From the NCBI GenBank assembly GCA_964234715.1, contig OZ174277.1: 64,000 bases of DNA, one strand, 5' to 3'. The notes below the pieces were generated by a model, which had not been told where the DNA came from, ran no database searches, and saw nothing but the letters and a program-made list of their open reading frames with translations. The stretch's first letter is position 1, and each line of letters starts with the position of its first letter. Origin of the DNA: Podarcis melisellensis (lineage: Eukaryota). Both the position numbers and the translations under genes were made by a program. Below, piece by piece: positions 51,001 through 60,000 of the stretch.

Positions 51001-54000
51001 AGGATGCACCTAGTTTTTTTGGGGGGAAATAAAGGGAAATTTTCCCCCTTTATTTCCCCCCCCCCAAAACCAGGTCGGGGAAACCGAACCAGGTCGAGGA
51101 ACAGCGGGATGGCGGCGCTGCACCTCCTTGCTGTCCCCTGAGCTTGTGGGGCTGGCTGATGTCTGTCCGGCACGAGGGGCGCTCTGCTTCAGGGCACCCC
51201 TCACGCCAGGCGGCCGGCTGCTACCCGTAGCGTGGGGAGCCCTGCGGGGAACTCCCGCAGAGCTCCAACACGCTGTGGATGTCTGCCCGGCGGGCGGGGC
51301 GCTCTGCTTCTGGGCGCTCCTCGCGCCGGGCAGCAGGCTGCTGTCCGCAGCGTAGGGAGCCCTGCGGGAACTCCCCAGGGCTGCCTAGGCTGCGGATGTG
51401 TTCCCGAAGCGTTGGGCCCTCTGCTTTCAGCGCGCCCGGTGCTCCAGGAAGCAGAGTGCTATCCGCAGCCTAGACAGCCCTGCAGGAACTCGCGCAGGGC
51501 TGCCTAGGCTGCGGATGTGTTCCCGAAGCGTTGGGCCCTCTGCTTTCAGCGCGCCCGGTGCTCCAGGAAGCAGAGTGCTATCCGCAGCCTAGACAGCCCT
51601 GCAGGAACTCCCGCAGGGCTGCCTAGGCTGCGGATGTGTTCTCAAAGCGTTGGGCGCTCTGCTTTCAGCGCGCCCGGCGCTCCAGGAAGCAGGCTGCTAT
51701 CCGCAGCCTAGACAGCCCTGCGGGAACTCCTGCAGGGCTGCCTAGGCTGCGGATGTGTTCCTGAAGCCTGCATTCACCCCATAAGATGCACCCAGATTTC
51801 CCCTTCATTTTTGGAGGGGAAAAAGTGCGTCCTATAGGGCGAAAAATACGGTATTTGTTCAATTTTTGAGCTCCTCAAGGCAACTGAGTCTTCCATTCTC
51901 CATGTGGAAGCTGGTCTCTGTTCAGTGAAGGACCAGAGTGCCTATCTTTGCATTAGGTATTGGTTAAAATTTAAAAAGTGGGATCAGGCCCATTTTAGTA
52001 CTTTCTGCTTTCAATGAGATGTTGACGTGCATGACCTCTCTTTGGGCATTCTGAGCTCATTAGACTTTGAGATTGCATCTTGCCACATGAAATCTCATAT
52101 TTTAAAGCATGGTTTTTGTGCTAATCTCACTTCTGCCTGTCTGTCCAAATGTGCCCCTTGGTATGCCAAATTACCCATTCAGACTCCTTGTCCTCACTAT
52201 GTAACCAGCATCACAAATGTCAAACAGTTGCAGTCTATGCACTGTCATAGTCGAAGGGTGTTACCACCAGATTCCTTGTGAAGAGAGAGCTTGCCCATGT
52301 GGAAGTAATGTGCCTGAAGATTTACCCCACTACTTACTGATTTGTCTAATCTACAAGGACTTAAGAGCAGCCTTCTTCAAAGATTTAAGTCTCCCAGTTG
52401 AGAGATTGATTAATTTGTATTACGGAGCAAGTCCCCTTACACTTCTGTCTTGCTTTTAAAACAACAATTTAAAGGAGAAAAGTTTGTGGGGATAAGTTAA
52501 GAGTTTGCTCCCCTAAAGAATTTATCTGACAGAATGTCTGGTTTAAATTATCATTTTAACTATGTAATCTATTCTGTTTTATGTATTTTGTTTTTTTGTA
52601 ATGGCTTTAGCAACACAAATAATAGTTGTAAATGTTGCTGAACTCACATGAGCCACAGCCAATCTGCTCAATGATCAGGGCAGATGGGAGGTGCAGTCTA
52701 GCAACATCCAGAGGGCCATCGGTTCCCAGTTCATGGTCTACAGTGATGAAGTGGTTCTCCAGGTTTTCTGACAGCTTTTATATGACATCTGCTCAAACTT
52801 CTGTCTAAACTGCCTATGACATGGAGACATCTATATTACCTTGTAAACGGGTATATATGCCTATCATAATGGGTGCTGTGTTGCACAATCTTGTTGCCAT
52901 CTCTACATGCTGGCCTGTGTTTTATGGCATAGGAGCCAATGAAAAGGTGGTAACCCTGAATCCAATTCTCTGTGTGGCAAACTGATGCAAGTAAACCTTC
53001 CATATGGAAGGTTTGTGCATTTGAGTATTCCTTAAGTTTGTAAGCCTTAAGTCCACAGACCTTAGGAAAGCCTGAGCTAAATTTAGTGACATGCTTACTA
53101 TCCAGTCATCATTGTTCCTTATTTGCTGATTTTTCAGTTTACCAAATTGTCTGTAGATGTCTTCCATGGACAGGTTTTGTGAAATTAAGAAGTAGAAATG
53201 ATACACTAATCATTGTTAAGTCCTTAAATGGAGGCTATGTATCATCCCAATTCCAACAATTGAAAAGTAAAACACTTATTTCTTTAGGTGGAAGCACTTT
53301 GTATCCACATATTAATAAAGCTTTAATACAACATCTGGAAGCATTCAAAATATCCCTGGGCATGCTGAAGTTTTTAATCTATTATTTCCTAAAGCTTACC
53401 TCAGCTCAAGGAAGTTTGATGGGGCCTTTGGAGAGCTCATAAATATCTTTTTGAAAAGAATTATAATGAGAATAGTAATCATCATCATCACCATGACTCA
53501 TCACAGAGTAACAAGAGCCACTCCTTCCCTTCGGGTAAAACTCATTGCCTTGACAGTGTTGCTACTCTACAAATGCTCATATCAAGGAATGAAGAGCCAA
53601 GAATAGGCTCAAACTTGCCCTTTCTGGATGGCTGCACTGAGAAATGACAATTAGGTAAATCCACTGGTTCTCTGCTATAAGAGCCAAACCAGGCCTGATT
53701 TGTGTGTTTAAACCTGGATCAGCTGCAGTTCATTAGAAAGACTGAAAGGCTTGGTTTGAACAGCAGAAAGGGGTGCATGGGTGAGGAGCACAAAACTTCC
53801 TCTTCCTTGCAGGATGTAGCTTACCGTCCTTCAGCTTCTTTCAACAAGTGTTTTCCCTTCCCCCCCCTTTCCCAAAAAGGCTCGCTTTCTAGTATTAAAG
53901 CCCAGCTGAGGGTAATATGCTTTTATGGGTGCAGGGTGGCAAGACATGAACAAGGGGAGGGTTCAGATCGTCTCCCTGATCTTTTGCTGATCAAACCACC

Positions 54001-57000
54001 CCCACTGCATTTTCTATGGGTGCAGGTCGAAGCACATATTTGTCACCATCACATCTATTTTACCTAACTGAGATTTAGTATTCCCAAATTATAATTTTTT
54101 AATTTTATTTATATCCTACCCTTCCTCCCTGAGAACCCCAGAGTGGCAAACACTAAAGCGATAACACAAATGAATTAAAAATGAATTAAAGCCCCATTTA
54201 AAATTAAGGTTTTTTAAAATGTAAAACAGTCACATACCCTCACAGGTAATAAATTCAAGGTTGCTGAGATCTTCCAGTCATCAAATACCTTGGAGACTCC
54301 ACTATTGCCCTACCCCCTCCATGCTGGCCTGAAGCTTGCTAACTAATTCCTCCTCCCTCCATTGGAAACAATCAGAGCAGGCCATAACTGTGGCTAGTCC
54401 ACACCTCTCACCCTGGGCAGCAGAAGCCAGCAGGGTTTGGAAGGGGTGGACAAGCCACAATTTTACACCACTCCCCACCTGCATTAATGCAATCTATTCC
54501 TGTTAAATACAGTGATACCTCGTGTTAAGAACTTAATTCATTCTGGAGGGCTGTTCTTAACCTGAAACTGTTCTTAACCTGAGGTACCACTTTAGCTAAT
54601 GGGGCCTCCCGCTGCCGCCGTGCGATTTCTGTTCTCATCCTGAAGCAAAGTTCTTAAACCAAGGTACTATTTCTGGATTAGCGGAGTCTGTAACCTGAAG
54701 TGTCTGTAAGCTGAGGTACCACTGTAATTTCTTCCAGAATGCTGAGTTTCCAGCAGCACCCTATGTGAGAGGAGACACTAGTTCCGGTTCAGTCTCTGTC
54801 CAAGAAACAGTAAGTGCCAGGCAACTTTTAAAATCTATTTTCTCTATTGTGTGTTGATTTTTCATCTTAGCAATTGTTACATTTTAGAAGCACTTGTTAC
54901 AACACTTGTTTTAGGAATACATTGCCTCTATTTAAAACAAGATTACTCAGATTATCAATTGTATATAAAATGGAATTATGAAAAGAGTGGTGTACACTTT
55001 TAAGTATTTCTTTAAAATCAGTTACATTGGATGGATAGGGGCCATTGTGTACAAAAGGAGAAGGCTCTACTACAACTCCCCTTCCACAAATCCCATTTTC
55101 CTGCAAATGGAACAAAATTGTTGGATGTCACCCATCGGATATAACAAATTCTTTAACGCTCAGCTATTCATCAAGTGAGCAAACAAGCAAACTTTTCTTG
55201 TCACTAAGCTTCTGGATTCTCTTCTTCAAAATAATGAACTGATGTTAGGAATTATATTCTTATAACTCCAGTGACAGAGAGAGCATGTTTAGTGTTCCTT
55301 TATTATTATGCATTCCATTGAGCCTTTCGTCAAATTTTTATTTTTACCTTAGGTGCCCTGTAAGGTTTTCTAGTTATTGCTGAAGATTTATTAATATTTG
55401 CAAAAGAGATTAGGTAACATCATATATTTTGCAATTATTTAATGGAATGACATCCTACCTTTTGGAAAGATTTTTTTTGGGGGGAGGGGGAATCCCCATA
55501 AGTACTATGTCATAAATTCCATCTTCATCTTTTTTTGCTATCTAGTTTCCTCTTACAATACAGATGTTCTCAGTAGTGGCAAAGGGTTATCAGTGAGCAA
55601 AAACAATTCTGTCTTCCCACAGCCACTCATGAAGAACCATCACATGATAGCTGCTTTTCATTACACCATTGGTGAGATTGCACACTTCACCCAAAGAAGC
55701 CTGTTATTGCAATGCCATCAAGAAGTCACCTAAATAAAAATGGGTTTGCGGTGATGTCCCAACACTGGGCTTCTCTACATGGAAAAGGCATTTTTGATAA
55801 GATGTAATGCAGTGTCAAAATATCCAACATGCCATGGCAATTCATTTGTGAACTGATCTAAATACGAGCTTGCAGTGACATAGTCAAAGTTGGGGGGTTT
55901 TCTGCTTTGAGTTGCTGCAGGTAAGTGGATTCTTAAACACACATAGTTTCCATGCATTATGATTTAAGGACGCCCACAGCACAAAGTAGCTTGTCATGTG
56001 CAGCAGCCTTTAAAAATGCAGATCAAATGGATTGCTCTGCTAAACTCATCAGAACGCACCACGATATAGGCGACTTTGCCAAAATAAGTCTTTTACCTGA
56101 TTTTTGAAATGACTTTATTTAAACATAACCATCTTTACTGCAAGATCAGTATACTGCGTAAGTAAATAATATGAAGTGTTGTACTGAGCAATATCAATCT
56201 TTTATCATTTAACTATGATTTTTTAAAAGTCATCTAAAGTGCAGTAGAAAAATTATCAATGCAGCTTTTCCCAAAATGTTCTGAAAGAGTTTCCTTCTAG
56301 CAAAACTACCCCATATATCAAGTGATCATTCCAATATGTTGTTTTGTACCTCCAGGCAGATGAGTTCACAAATAAAGTGGGCTCTGAGAGTGGTATAACA
56401 ATTCTGAGAAAGTAAATGTATCAAACTTTATTTGCTTATAGAACCAGCAGCTGCTGTTGTTTTTTTGAAACTAATCTTGGTGCCTTTGAATGTTCTTAAC
56501 TCTTTCTTGAATCCCACAACCCCTTTATCTTCCTTCTCCTGCTGTGTTCCCACCAGCCCCAAAACCTGAGACAGCCTCAGCTCTCACCCAAGTGTAGCTT
56601 TGGTTACAGCAATTTTTCTATTAGAGGAAGTGAATGTTGGTGTTTCGTCTCTGTGGTGCATTTGTGATAAAGCTGTGGTGGTCTTATCTCTTTCGTAGGT
56701 AGTGGCTCTTTATGACTACACAGCGCATCGATCAGATGAGCTAACCATCCATTGCAGTGACATTATCCAAGTGTTATACAAAGATAATGATAACTGGTGG
56801 TTTGGCAGCCTGGCGAATGGACAGCAAGGCTATTTTCCAGCCAATTATGTGGTTGGCGAAAGTACGTATAATGCTTCTCCCTAGTATTTTTCTGCTTGTG
56901 GGGCCTTAACTGATTATCCAAGATTTGTCATTCTGTGCCGGTGTGCTGATGTGTTCAGCATACATCTGATATATTAAAATAATTAAAGTAGGATTAAATG

Positions 57001-60000
57001 TGAAATTTGAACAAGCATGCACTAGTCTGACCAACAAACAAGAAAGTGAAGAGCTACCACACACTGAGACTACCCTAACTACCTTATATTGTTCACTCTA
57101 ACCTCGTTGCAGAATGTTGTTAGAGTGAACAAGGTTTCAAGGCAGAGAGTTGCCCTGTCTTGCTGACTGCCATCACCTTATAACGGAAGATGTTGAAGCT
57201 GCTACCTTAAATGTTTAAAGCATGCACTTTGCTGAACATTTGGTTTTGTCTAAAAATTGAGGTCAGAATATATGCCCTTTTAATTTTTTTTTAAATCAGG
57301 GATAACAAGCACTATTTTAAAAGGCACCCCCCCTTTATATTGTGAAGGAAGGAATGCCTTTTCACATGGGAGGAGATGTCTGATACAATGGATGAGAGTC
57401 ACCTATGGAGCCCTGTCAGTGGAAGCCTTCTGCCAGGACTTTCAAAACTAAAATCATATAATTAATATTTTTTTTTAATTAAGCAAATGTTCTCAAAGAA
57501 GATAACCACAAGTGCATTCACAGACTTAATAATCTCGGCATAATCCGTACATGTCTATAAGTGCCTCTTTCTTTACACAAGTGTCCATATTATTACTGAG
57601 AACTGTACCCACAGATGTTAGAATTAGTCTCCACACCAGAGGGCACCCTATGCAAAAGTCCATCTATTAAATCCCCATTTTAATTATTTCCAATAACTGC
57701 TATCCATATACCTCTAAATGTTTGGTATCTATATGATGAACTCATGAACGGATGGAACCGAGGCATATGGTAAACGTATAGCAGTGAGCAAAGGCAGTTG
57801 GCTATTCATTTTCTCCGTGTTTTGTAGTCTCCCTTCCAAATGTTGCAGTATTGATTATGTATAGAGATGGAGAGTATAGATGTATGGAGAGAGACAGCAG
57901 GCACTTCTTTCTGTATCATATGCAACAGCCAGGGAACTACTACAAAAATCAATAGCCTTGAGTTACTGAAATGGGTATATTGAATAACGATGGAGAAGCT
58001 GACCCCAAAACGCTATGGATCAAGTTAGATTATCTCTTTAGTGCCATGTTAGTCATAATTAATTACTTATGATTCATTTTCAGCACAATATGAAGAACAA
58101 CTATCTTCAGGTTTGGCCGAAGATTCTACACCTCTTCTTTTCAGTGAACTGGGAGAATCAGCATCGCCAGCTATGCCTGGGGTAACTGTTTGCGGGAAAG
58201 GGCATATGGCACAATTATGCAAGATGGGATTGCATTTACCATTTCTTGTGATAACAGGTTAATTGCCAAGTGCTTCCAGCATATGTTAATTTTAATGCAT
58301 GGGCTTGCATGAATTCAGCATTTCTCAAAACAGTGGAAGCCTGGAGGTTTTTATGCCTACAAAATACAATCCGTACATGTTGGGAAACATTTCATTTGGC
58401 AGAAAGGAAGAGATGAAATTTAACTAAGTTAAATTGTTGCTACAAATTGTTTAGCTTGATTTAGCAGTAAACATATCCAGAAATGCTAATAAAGTGAAGA
58501 TTCCAAATGGTTTGTATTCCTTTCTAATTGCAGCTTCATAATAGATGGTTGTTATGTCAATCAAGAGTATGTTACATTCAAGATCCAGAGCCCTGTGCAG
58601 TGAGTGCCTATTGCAAGGACTGTGCACCGGAATTTTTTGTGGGCATAAACATTTGCCATTGGGAAAATTGATTTAAGTTAGGCAAAACTGGGACAACTTC
58701 AATAAACATCTGCTGCTCAGAAAGATGGAACAATATAATTGTGCTCATCAGTTGCTCATTCATTTACTTTATTTTAGAGTCAACACACTTAAAAGGAGTA
58801 CATATTTTTTTCTAGATAAATTTGTGTGTGCATATGCACTTAAAGATTTTGTATTAATTGGGTATCCTGCATCAGCAAAAATAAGAAAAAGTGTACTCAA
58901 GAATTCACCTGGCAGGTCATCTCAAATGTTACCCTAACCTGAATTCTGAGAGTAACTTCAATCATATATTTAGCATTGTATTTTACAGTGATCAGGCAGA
59001 ATCATTAACATGGCTAAAAATGAATATATAAGTTTGTGTTCAGCCATAACTCAAAGCCCATAGAATCCCACAGTGAGCTGCACATGCCCACAACCCCACC
59101 TCCACACCAGATGGCAACTTGGGGGTGATTTGAAACCTGGAGGAGTTTTTGAAACCTGGAGGAGTTTGTGAAGCACATGAGAAGCTGCTGATTAAAAAAC
59201 ACACAAATTCAAAAGTCCCATGGCTGCACCTAAAGGAGCTCTCTGGATTGTGGAGTGTTTCATAAGGGTGTTTCATAATGGCAATTTTGATACAGCATGG
59301 ACAGCGGTTTTGCCGTTATTTTCTGAAATTTCCATATAAATAGATACAGATAAAGAAAAATACATATGAATTCTAATGAATGCATGAGGGGTACAATTTT
59401 GCAGTTGTACCATTTCAGAATATCCATGCCATCACATCTCATAAAATGCAAAGTAAAAGTAAAAAGTATCCACTACATACATATCCCATTAATACTTTTG
59501 TTTGAGCCTAAATCTCTTAAGTCCAGCATCAGATTCAGTGAGCCACACTTGTTCATTTTCCACTATATTTCTATGGAATGAGATAGTTAGAAACCATGCA
59601 AGTTGTCTGATTGTCATAGAGGACAAACGCTGGCTCCCTTGGTGCTGCACCCCAAAGTCACCTTTGACTGGACTTAACTGTCCAAGGGTCATTTACTTCC
59701 TTACCTATTACCACAGAGCAAAATTATCATAATAATAGCACTGTTAGCATTTCTGTTTCTAACTAACTATTATAGACAATTTATAATCAAGACAAACAAA
59801 AATATATAAAATGACTTAAGCTAAAGAAAGTAGCAGGGTTATTTTTTTAACAGCTTAAGGTTGTACTCTGCAAAAAAAAAAAGTATAAATCGGTCTGTTC
59901 TACCTATCTGAAACCAAGGTTCACTGGGGGCCAGGGCTTCCCTTGAGAGACTCACCAGATATTGGGTGCTACAGCTAGAAAGGCTTTGTCTTGCTACTGA

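Noticed and set aside
51158-51767. CRISPR-like look (palindromic repeats at a regular period)
   Set aside because: The intervening sequences are also repeated rather than unique spacers; vertebrate intron, no cas genes.
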